Position numbers and translations under genes: made by a program. Of a stretch of 64,000 nucleotides of DNA, positions 12,393 through 23,492 are shown piece after piece. Source of the DNA: Magallana gigas (lineage: Eukaryota); assembly GCF_963853765.1 (NCBI RefSeq), contig NC_088857.1, positions 16,616,001 through 16,680,000 on the forward strand, in the 5' to 3' direction. Positions within the stretch are counted from its first letter, which is position 1. Each line of letters starts with the position of its first letter. Below the pieces are notes generated by a model. The model was not told the origin of the DNA and ran no database searches. It saw only the letters and a list, made by a program, of their open reading frames with translations.

Positions 12393-13752
12393 TCACAAGT
12401 GCGGTAAAGCAGAAGTGGATTGTTTGTAATGACATCTCCGCAATTTGGTAGATGTTCTCTGTTTGTTATCATGTGCCGGTGGACTGGGGATGCGTGGCAA
12501 AATTAAATCACACTGAGATGATGCGTGTAATGATTTATCCCTCTTGGTTTTCTTTGAATACGACAAATCCACGTCTTTTAACTTTCGATCAGAGCTTTGC
12601 ATCAGATTTTGAGAACTGTAGATTGTAGTTGCGATATCCAAATCAGGGATAGCTTTTGAGACGCAAATAACAGGTAATGGTAATCTACTCTGTTCCCGTG
12701 ATTCTTTTGTTTGTTTTGGAGACCAGAATGAGAGAAAGTCTTCTGTTGTCAAACCCGTTTTTCTAACAGGAATTCTACTTGGAGCTTTTTTCAAGTCAAA
12801 TGTCTCTTTCAAATGCACTTCTTCAAGTACCCTTTTCCTCACACCCGTTGAATAATCTGGAATTGCGCGCACCTTTTCTTTACTACGCAAAGCTGTAGGT
12901 ACAACTGGAGCTTCGGTGTGCTTGTAACTCGCGGTCACTCTAACAACCGGTTTTCCGATTGGTGGTAACTTCACTCCTTTGCTTAAAGCAGGAACAGCGT
13001 AGCTAGGAGGTATGTTCCGTTGCTTGTTTTGTTTCCGAATTTCCTCTAGCGCCGAGTCTCGTTTCCATCGGAGATGGTCAAGGGAGGCCCAATCGTCTAC
13101 GTCAGCTGCGATTTTCTGGAATTGTTTACGAGCCTTCATCAGTTTCTCCTCCATCTCAAACACGCGTTCGTGCATCCCGAACTCCTTCATACCCCAGACA
13201 TCAAGTGCCTCCTGAGGAAGTCGTGCGTTCATCAATTCTTGTTGAATTCTGTTTCTTTCTCTCAAATTCTCCTGGCAAAGTTTCATCCAATAACTGAAAA
13301 AAGAGTGATACAATGAGAGAGGTTGATGTGATAAAAAAAAATTAACCTTCTTTATATCAGGTTCAAACAATTACAAATGATTGATAAGAATTTGTTGAAT
13401 TACAATTACCAACCTGACAAAGCTGCTATGTGATGAGGGTAGCTCAATTTTGTCATCGGTCCATCCTACAGAAAGAGGAGAAAAGTACATAAATTTGAGA
13501 AAATGTTCTAAAGAAATATTACATGTATACATTGTATTAGATGATTACCCGCATCCGCAGGATTGTTCTGAAAGAAGGTATATTCCGTCTCCTGATCAAC
13601 GTAAAGCTTTTCTTCTGCTATACAAGGAAGTCTGTAAATAAAACCCCACGATTTTAACGAAATTCGAATCAGTTTAAACAATACGTATAAATTTTAATAA
13701 AATCATTAAGCTCTTAAATTTCACATTAGCAATACCTCTCATAAAATGCCAT
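12393..13752 (-). CDS. uncharacterised ~350-aa protein: helical/coiled-coil N-half, basic Ser/Pro-rich disordered C-half with SxIP motifs
   Basis: Exons 13752-13736, 13631-13549, 13465-13414 and 13293-12393 (17+83+52+901 nt = 351 codons), all GT-AG and phase-compatible. Starts MAFYERLPCIAEEKLYVDQETEYTFFQNNPADAGWTDDKIELPSSHSSFVSYWMKLCQENL. No family recognised. Confidence 0.8.
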
Positions 13753-13843
13753 TCTGTCAAGGTTTTAACATCCGAATAAGACAAACGTCTAGATCTGTAT
13801 ACTTCACAAAGTTGTTAACGAAGCGATAACGTTTAGGTCACTA

Positions 13844-13851
13844 TGACGTCA
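13844..13851. promoter_or_regulatory. perfect CRE palindrome TGACGTCA ~90 bp upstream of the uncharacterised gene
   Basis: Motif read directly, with a TTACGTCA variant at ~13860. Function not shown. Confidence 0.4.
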
Positions 13852-16567
13852 TACTACTGTTACGTCATAAAAGTTATTTCGTTGTATCACTACACATTCG
13901 AATATTTGTTCCGTCAAATATAGTTCTATATTTTGTACTGAATGCTTATAAAAAGAATTTATAAGAATGTATAGTGTTTTAATCTATCATTGACAATCTT
14001 TACAGAGAGATGTGCCCAATTCACATTCACCGATTCACTCGCGGTCGGGTATACATATGCTAAGAGAGGTTTACTACAACGCAAACGATCCCGCGCAGTA
14101 TGTCAATGGAAAATCCTGATTACACTGAAAAATAGATGTAGAAATTTGGAACGAATTTGAACACTAGCAACCAGTTTCTAAATTTTAGCATTCGATTTAA
14201 TGGAAAACATATTTTATGTGAATTTTACTGATGCATTTGTGTTTAAGTTTTGATCGTTTATTGCAATAAGGATATAAAAAATTAAATCTAAAATGTATTG
14301 TAGGAATAAAACATTGATTTTTTTTTTAAAGAACATTGTGCTGATTTCATAGAAGAAAAAGTTGTCTAAATGCTAATTAATGTACCTGCAACCTGACATT
14401 GAACAAATCAGGATGCTTTTATTTAATCAGATTGTCGAAATTTTGTGCGCACAGAACGCAATGATATCACTCATCGATAATCTATAACAATGATAACAAT
14501 ACAAAAACAAAACAAAACCGATAAAACAATTAACCGAATTTGGGGGAGGGGGCAACTCCATCTTAATTCAATTTTCTATATGTATATTTTAGATAAAAAA
14601 TGTTAGATGTGAGAAAAAGTGGGGGCTGTGTGTGTGGGTGGGGGGGGGGGGGGCGGCTGATACTACTTGCCTGTTTATCATGCAGCCCGGGTTTATCTCT
14701 ACTCGAGTGATTCTATGCCAATCCCTTGTTTCGGGGGGGGGGGGGGGGGTCTCCTTAAATACCAGGGTAGTAACGGAAAGCCGTATGTCTACCACTAAAT
14801 TACTAAATCAGTTTTACGTGCTTTATCTATTAGTTTGTATCGGTTCATGTCTACATGATTTATAAAATTAGAGTTACAATGCTATATTACGTTTTAAGAA
14901 GTTGTACTGCGCACAAAAACTTGCTTTAGTTTTGAACTGATTAATCTTATTTTCGACGGATACTGGCTTTGCCTTAAAATAATTTTTCACTGTTTAATTT
15001 TTACAAAGTCATAGATTTATCAATGATTTCATAATATTTATTGTTGGTATTCAACAATAGCCTTTGTGTTAATTGATAAAATATAAAGAAATAATTTTCA
15101 TTCATAACATGTACATGTATATAACACAGTTATAGCAGGGTTTATAACAGTTATGAAATGAATGTGTTTAAGGAGGTTTGAGAACAAAAATGAAATAAAA
15201 ATGAAACAAAAATACATTTGGTTGATTTATTAAGAAACCTTTTGGGAAGAACACCATAACTTTGATGAAAAAAAGGTAGATTCATTCTCCAGAATTGTTA
15301 ATCATTGGCTATCGATCTGCGTCTTACAGACACGTGGCATCGGATTTGGGTTTTTTTAAGTGAGGGGACAGACATTCCCCCAGCATATTGAAAAACAAAA
15401 AAGTAATAAAATAAAAAAAAAAAATAAAGAAATAATTGAACTAAAAACAAAACTCTAAAATTATTAAGCTTTTAAATATAAACAAAAAATGTTCCTCGAA
15501 TTAGAATCCTGGCCCATACTTCATGTTTTTCTTAACGAGTCAGAGTTGATCTTTTTAAGCATGTGAAGTTTATTAATTAGCACTAATTATATAGTATGTA
15601 ATAATACAATGTAATCTCTGTAAACCACTGTGAAATGGTGTTGAGATCGATGCGGTCCTAGGCTTTCCACGGAGCGAACAGGAATAAGTTAAGCATGCAA
15701 GTTGAGATCGAAATAAATTAATAAATATTAAGTAGTCCTATACTCGGCACTACATGGACTCAATCATTAAAAGCTTAGCTTTAAAAGATAAATATATATT
15801 CCAGCAATACATATTCAAAAGAAAATATGTATGTTTACATGCTAGTTTGGTTGTTATCACCTCTCAGACGGGTGTACCCCCTTGCGAAAATTATTGACAA
15901 TTATGAAATTTGCCAGACGTCCGTTTTTCCTAAAAATAATTACCAATTTTGGGAAAATTAGAACTGAACATACAAAATAGAGTATAAATATTTATTTAAG
16001 CCATATCTCATCAATAATTTTGCGCAAATTTTTGTAAGTAATTACGCTTTATGGACCTGATGTATCAAAATAGAATACAAAAAATGCAATGCTAGTATCG
16101 CGTTTGGTATTTTTTTTTACTATTTTATGGACTCAAACTTAAATTCATGGTGTTTATTCTATAGATTGACATCTTAGAAAAAAGATTTGGTAAAATAAAT
16201 TATATGTTGACGGATTACTTTTCACGCTATAAGCTCTAAACCAAGTAGACCCTGACGGAAAAATTCGTAAAAATCACATTTTGCTACAGTTTTCTGCCTA
16301 GATCTGTCAACAATGCTAGATATCATTTAAACATTAATTAATAGACGATTGATTAAATTCGAAATAGCGTCTGTCTCTAAATTTAAACCGGTTTTAGTAA
16401 TAGAAAAAGAAAAATTCGAGGGGGGGGGGTCAAAACAAAGAAGATATAAGCATACCTGAGATTCTGGTTAATCAGAAACTTCGTTTTTCATTTTACTTAA
16501 ACAGAATCGAGTTTCTCAACATTAATCATTTCTATCTCTCATAGAATACATATATTACCGTTCTAAT

Positions 16568-16698
16568 TGCGTGGACCCTGAGGTCCACGCAGAAAAGATA
16601 TAAGCGAGGTTAAACCGGATGCTATGGGGAAAATGCAACCTGCGCATGAGCTAGCCTGGTTCCTGTGCGTAATGGGTAGCTCAAGGAACCAGGCTAGC
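16568..16698. repeat. pair of perfect short inverted repeats (10-bp stem/4-nt loop; 15-bp stem/19-nt loop)
   Basis: TGCGTGGACC-CTGA-GGTCCACGCA at 16568-16591; GCTAGCCTGGTTCCT...AGGAACCAGGCTAGC at 16650-16698. Confidence 0.75.
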
Positions 16699-18204
16699 AC
16701 ACGTTAACGTTCATCTGAATCAGGATCGGGATTCCGTGCCACATGCACACTTATATAAGTTCAAAGGCGCTGTAATTGTAAAGTTGTCGGTAAACAGTAC
16801 AGAAACGAAGTATTACTTTTAAAGAAACGATTGGCATGTGATATGAACTGTCAGTAGTATGAAATAAGTTAATGTTATGCCGAAACTACAACATGCATCA
16901 AATATAGCATAATTTGCAATGTATCGTTGTTTTCCGAAGACACATTTAACATAACGTTTACCTTTATAGTAGGCGAGGCTAGAGTACTTCCCGATTAAAG
17001 TTTGAAGCATTTAAGTATGATTGAATAATTATGTCACTGTAAAAAAGGTTAAATTTCAAGAAAAATGCATTAAAAAATGAAATTTTTAATTTACACAAAG
17101 CTGTCCCTGCATAGTTAACAAAGTAGTGCGTATTGTAATGTGTGAGCAAATAGTAGAATTCACCGAATGCCTGATACTATACATGCAAACTTCATTAATA
17201 GATAGATCATGATTATTTAGGAAGTATGAAGCCTTTTAATTCTGAAATAAAAAGTCGGGGCTATACATACATGTACATTTATTGGTCAACAACGTACAAA
17301 TTTAGTGGTTAAAAGCATAGGGCTAGGTCGGTGGAATCTCTGATAATCTTAAGGCTTTCACGTTTTCGTTGGAAACACATGCAAATGGTCCACGTATTGT
17401 AGTCCTTGTTAAAGGACAGCAACTTGTTGCTTATTATTGCCATTGTTAACAACAGCGATGTAGAGCAAAATCAATACCGGGTATCAAAAACGCTTTGTAA
17501 AAGTCGAACCAATATTGTAAAATCCGTATTATGACGTAGTGCGATACTCGGACTACTTTAAGTCTAAAACACCGTAATAGTTCTTGTAAAATGTATAGTG
17601 TATAGATCTATTTGATTTAAAAAGAATAAAATTCTACAGTGCACATAAATAATACCAATGTGATCACTCGTTTCCCCCAGTTCACATTTTTATTACTAAA
17701 AATCCAACAGATTTTGATTGCGTGTTTACATTTGTATCAAAAGTGTTATATGAAACATAGCTGTAAATATTTTGAACGTTTATATTTATATACACATGTA
17801 TGACATTTTATTTGCATGTGAAAAAAATTGTTTGTGAATTATTGTATAGGGACATGGTTACATAAGTTTTAGAACTTGTGCATGCCTAGTCACATTGTAA
17901 TTATATAACAATAAAATAAGTTCAAACCAACCCAAACTAATATATGATATATCATTTTATTTACAATTTATTTTAAATTCTATTTACAGTGTTCCAAAGT
18001 CAAATTTCAATTAACAATATTTCATGGCAACCATTCATCACCATGCAACTCCAAAAAAAAAAAAAAAAAGAATATTCGCTATAATAAATGAAAAATGCCT
18101 CAAATAAACTCTAATATTTAGGTCGGGAATAAACATGATTTTTGACATTCAATTTATCTCGATAACTTTGACCTCCTTGCATTGTGAACCCTTTTGACAA
18201 TGAA

Positions 18205-21200
18205 TTATTTTTTGGCTTCTCTAACAATAGACAGGATATGAAAGAACAAGATGACGCCATCCAGGTACAGATTAAGGGAAGCAAATATGTAATCCTCTGG
18301 GGACAGGCTGTATTTGTGTTTTCCTCCAAGCATAAACTGGATGTCAATAACAAAATACTAGAAAAGAAATTTGATATACATTTATAGAGATAAAAATTGA
18401 ACAATACATCTTAAAATCAAGAAATTATTGTATTACCATCCAAAAATACCATTCAAATTTTTCATAACATAAAAAAGTAAAAATGGGTGCTCGAACTTCT
18501 GTCTGATATATCTAATATTTCTGTGAAGATCTACTTACAATTGAAAATAACAGAGCTCCAAGGCTAGCGAGGAATACAGACAAAACCTGGACCAAAACAA
18601 TGAAATTAAATACCAGTAAAGCAGTTGCTATGGAATATGTTTGTGTATATAATATTGGGGTGGGCTCAAAATACTTGCTTATAAACATAATTTTATTTAA
18701 TACAATAACGGTGTAGTACATACGTTCTAGATTTGTTCTTACCTCCTTATTTAAAATGATCGCAAAAAATCCAAACTCGATGAGGACATTGAGAGACACA
18801 AAGAGAAATCCGGCGGACATAGTAAAGTCAAACTGCCAAAAATAAACAAAGATATAAACTACAATATGACAGAAAACTCGCTAATATAAAGATATGTGTC
18901 TGCTGTACTTAGTAAGATAAATTTTAAACTAATTTAATTCAAATACAAAAACCTGTATTACACTCATACAAAGAATGCACAAACAGGTTTAAAAATCAAA
19001 TTAGACTCACTTTAGTTTGAAAGGAGAAGATGACAAGTCCAAAGCATACACCCTGTTAAAAGAAAATTAATAAATTAATTTTTACACAGAAATTCACGTT
19101 ACATTGTTTTCACACTTGCGTTCTTGTCGTTGACATTGAATTCATCTAATCCTTATTTACTTAAAAAATTTCCCTCCTTTGAATCAATTCTTATTATATT
19201 TTGAACAGAAAATATACTTTTTAGACCTTGTGTAACTTTTCATATATTTCATGTATATTCATATCTATATTTCACCTTAACATTATTTAAAGTCAAACTG
19301 AGAGGAAAGTTCACAAATTTTTTAAAAATCTAAAGTAATTTTAGGTTTCGCCGATGGTGACGGAATTCATACAGCAGTGATTCCTGCGGCCAGCAAAACA
19401 GCCTCTTCATCGTAATGACTGTGGATGAAAAAGAATTATAAACATTGTTATTATAAAACTATTTTAACAAATATTTTCACATTTTAACAATGATAAACAT
19501 TGTTATTATAAAACTATTATTCAATCAACCTTATTTCTTCTTGTGTTTATACTTTACTTTTCACATTCATGTTAAATGAATGGTGATTGTTCTCAATATA
19601 ATGAGAACAGAATTTGTGTAAACGATGGTTTACTTGAATAAATACATTATCGTTTACTGGAGTTTTTCATTCTCAGAAGAAACTTATTGTTTTAGAATAA
19701 ACAAGATGTGTTTGGAAAAGATGTTCACCCATGATAAGTTCCATGGAAGCAAAGTTACATGTAGTTTTACCTTTGAAATACTAGTATATTATTGAAACTT
19801 GACTGACATTGCAGAAATAAATTTTTAGCGGTCTTAATACCAGCTATCTAGTTGATATAAGATTTCATTTTTAAAAGTTGTTGGCAGACAGACAGACAAA
19901 TCAATAGGCCTTATTGTATTATAATAAGGTAGAATCGTACATTGTATAAAAGTTCAAAACAAATATGTCTGACATGAAAGTGAGGGCAATGCATTTTCAA
20001 ATTTTTATGTTTTACTATTGGTTTTCTTCATATCAAATGCAAATATAATTGCGTCCATTTGTCTGACTGTACAACGAATCTTGAGCAAGGTGAGCAAGTG
20101 AAATCCGACCCATATTCATATTTCGTCCAAACTAACCACATCACAAGTCTGCATGTTAGCTATTTGAAATTGCTTTTTAAATAATAAGGAATCATTCGTT
20201 GTGTATTATGAGGTGATAATTTTGGCCGGGGCGTGGTCAAATCTAATAAAGCCCGAAGGGCTTTATGATAGATTTGACCACGCTACAAACGAAATCATCG
20301 CATGATAATATTCAAAGAATGATTCCTTATTACTTATCTTTTAAAGTTATTTCCAATTTTTAACCGGGTTTTCCAACGAAAAAATCCGGTTATTAAAATG
20401 GTGAAAATGGCGGGCGGGCGGATGGCGGGCGGGCGGGCGGCTGCCAAAAGGGTACCCTCATTGTACGGATAACTCCTCCTACAGTTTTCAAGATAGGAAG
20501 TTGTTCTTTTGCAGATCATTTGTACATATATCAGAGGTGTGCATATTGCTAGGATTTTGATTTCCGATAATTTATCGAAAAAATACCAGCTTTTGAACTT
20601 AGTCATTTTTTTGCAAAATATTGCATATAGGGCACCCTCATTGTACGGATAACTCCTCCTACAGTTCTCAAGATAGGAAGTTGTTCTTTTGCAGATCAAT
20701 TGTACATATATCAGAGGTGTGCATATTGCTAGGATTTTGATTTCCGATAATTTATCGAAAAAATACCAGCTTTTGAACTTAGTCATTTTTTGGCAACATG
20801 TTGCATATAGGGTACCCTCATTGTACGGATAACTCCTCCTACAGTTTTCAAGATAGGAAGTTGTTCTTTTGCAGATCAATTGTACATATATCAGAGGTGT
20901 GCATATTGCTAGGATTTTGATTTCTGATAATTTATGGAAAAAATACCAGCTTTTGAACTTATTCATTTTTTGGCAAAATATTGCATATAGGGTACCCTCA
21001 TTGTACAGATAACTCCTCCTACAGTTCTCAAGATAGGAAGTTGTTCTTTTGCAGATCAATTGTACATATATCAGAGGTGTGCATATTGCTAGGATTTTGA
21101 TTTCTGATAATTTATGGAAAAAATACCAGCTTTTGAACTTATTCATTTTTTGGCAAAATATTGCATATAGGGTACCCTCATTGTACAGATAACTCCTCCT

Positions 21201-23492
21201 ACAGTTCTCAAGATAGGAAGTTGTTCTTTTGCAGATCAATTGTACATATATCAGAGGTGTGCATATTGCTAGGATTTTGATTTCTGATAATTTATGGAAA
21301 AAATACCAGCTTTTGAACTTATTCATTTTTTGGCAAAATATTGCATATAGGGTACCCTCATTGTACAGATAACTCCTCCTACAGTTCTCAAGATAGGAAG
21401 TTGTTCTTTTGCAGATCAATTGTACATATATCAGAGGTGTGCATATTGCTAGGATTTTGATTTCTGATAATTTATGGAAAAAATACCAGCTTTTGAACTT
21501 ATTCATTTTTTGGCAAAATATTGCATATAGGGTACCCTCATTGTACAGATAACTCCTCCTACAGTTCTCAAGATAGGAAGTTGTTCTTTTGCAGATCAAT
21601 TGTACATATATCAGAGGTGTGCATTTTGCTAGGATTTTGATTTCCGATAATTTATTTAAAAAATACTAGCTTTTGAACTTAGTCATTTTTTGGCAAAATG
21701 TTGCATATACATGTAGGGTACTCCATTTCACTGTATAAGGGTTGACATGGATTATGGATACAGTTTACATAAAAGAAAACCCGGTTTGCTGTCACATTGA
21801 CAGCTTTTCACTTGTTACACTTTAAAACAACATTATTTTAAAACCACTATTTTTTGTATGCGGCACATGCTACATGTAAGTATTACTACGCGGCGCAGCC
21901 AATACCGTTTTGCGGTTATGCTATAAGACACGCCCATTTCATGTCACTCATGTTTTATGAAGTTATTGGGTTTTAGGGTTCAAAATAATTCGTGATGTTA
22001 TCACAGACAAAGACAGTTGAAAGTGTAAATATGCATATGTAGTTACCTAGCAACAGCTCCAAGCAATACAGACAAACAGAGGGTCTATATGAAAAATGGA
22101 TTAGAAGAATTACAATAAAATGAAAGATATACTAGTATGTGTACATATATAGGTAAGTAATACATAACTTGTTTGTAAATATTGTCTTAGGTTAATTGAT
22201 CATTATGTTTTATTGTTTGTTTTATTTTAACTGATAATACATACACTTATTATTGTGTTGTTTGTTTAAATAGTTGATTAAATACCCAGTATACATACAC
22301 TTCTTAAGATAGGACAAATAAGCTTGATACATGAATACAGCTACAATGGTTATATCTTATTAAATACATTTAAATGTCATTTACATATACGTAAATAAAA
22401 CAGATTTGTTTGTTTAATAAAGATTTACACTATTTATCAAGATTCTGAAGAAATGTCGTGAACGAATAACTTACAAATATTCCAAGAAATATCATGTTAT
22501 GTGGAAAATGTTGACGAGCATCTTCGTAGAAAGCAAATAAAATAACTGTCAAAATCCATACTACTCTGGAATAGAGAAAATATTATGTACAGTCAAATCA
22601 TCATTGATCGAGCGCTTTCTTAGATGATTAATCTGAAACATTTCCATAGATCCTACTTTTGAAAATTAAATATGTCTGAATAGTTTCAATTACGATTGTG
22701 CTTTAGTCTATAATGATCAAACTTGTCTTGTTTAACTATCTTAAAAATCTTTTAAAATTCATCAAACATTTTTGAACTGGTGCAAAGAACTATCGTGAAT
22801 CTTGGCTCTACAAAGACTTACAACGCTGTTATCCATATCCATTCGTTGTGCCTTGAGTAGCGTTTCAATGATTTTCTGTAATTAATTTTAGTTCCCAAAA
22901 TTATCATGGACGCATTGATTGTTTTATGGATTATACATGCATATGGGCGTTTTTTCGTGCATAAAGCAAGTAAATTTATCTTTATTTCATGCTTTTTACG
23001 AAATTAATAACTGAACTCTACTCACATGTACAAAAACATCACCATTACCAAAATTGTCACCAGGAATTGACAAAGAAGGGTACCATATACCTTTCTTATG
23101 AAACCTGTAATTTATGTATGATTAACAGCTTACCTCACTTTAGTTATTTAATTCAAATATAAACGGTATGGTAAGTATTTACTAAAAAATGTATTCAAAT
23201 GTAATCAAAGGAGAATTTGCATCTGATTTTCACTTATTTAATATCAAATATTAAAATCATTTATAAAAAAAAAACCTGGCTATATATGTATCCATGTCAG
23301 AGTTTCTCAAAATTCTGTTTCTTCTGCAAATAAAATCAGTTATCGTTGAAGTACTAAAGATAATCTTCCCTTACCTAATCGAACATTCTTTTCCGAGAAA
23401 GCAGAGCTTTCGTTGTCCTCTGGGGCATTGACTGACTCTTGATCTTCATCGGTGTCTGCAACAAGCTTAGGAACGGTCTCCTCTGAATACAT
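18205..23492 (-). CDS. protein lifeguard / TMBIM family member, copy A (divergent; ~252 aa, 10 coding exons)
   Basis: Exons 23492-23375, 23104-23026, 22875-22822, 22565-22475, 22084-22047, 19418-19373, 19052-19011, 18832-18743, 18586-18539 and 18357-18205 (759 nt). Motifs [54 protein letters not shown]. Confidence 0.92.
19700..19915 (-). mobile_element. degenerate HINE/Helentron-derived fragment
   Basis: AACAAG terminus (reverse of CTTGTT) at 19700 and a GACA microsatellite at 19885-19897. Confidence 0.45.
20182..20332. mobile_element. long imperfect hairpin end of a non-autonomous element, apparently interrupted by the adjacent HINE
   Basis: TAATAAGGAATCATTC ... CGTGGTCAAATCTA..TAAAGCCC-GAA-GGGCTTTA..TAGATTTGACCACG ... 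GAATGATTCCTTATTA. Confidence 0.65.
20357..21816 (+). mobile_element. HINE (Helentron-associated non-autonomous element) with internal tandem array
   Basis: T-run start, sub-terminal inverted repeats AACCGGGTTTTC (20362-20373) and GAAAACCCGGTT (21775-21786), (GGCG)n microsatellite ~20409-20440, 3' palindrome GCTGTCA-CAT-TGACAGC (21788-21804) and CTTGTT end. Confidence 0.88.
20450..21715. repeat. tandem array, 7 x 180-bp units
   Basis: Near-identical text recurs at 20461, 20641, 20821, 21001, 21181, 21361 and 21541. Confidence 0.97.

Noticed and set aside
13012-13641. Plus-strand ORFs 13012-13215, 13074-13316 and 13450-13641
   Set aside because: Antisense to the exons of the minus-strand uncharacterised gene.
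14589-14865. Poly-Pro/poly-Gly ORFs and G-runs (possible G-quadruplex)
   Set aside because: Homopolymer G tracts are common remnants in this kind of genome; no coding or splice support.
18111-18404. 97-aa minus ORF and 18184-18387 plus ORF
   Set aside because: Wrong-frame or antisense shadows of the lifeguard A last exon.
20334-21599. 421-aa ORF of seven 60-aa repeats
   Set aside because: It arises because the 180-bp unit is a multiple of 3 and stop-free on one frame. It lies in a HINE within a lifeguard intron, with no protein-like features.
20450-21715. Possible CRISPR-like array
   Set aside because: Units are head-to-tail with no unique spacers, the context is eukaryotic and there are no cas genes.
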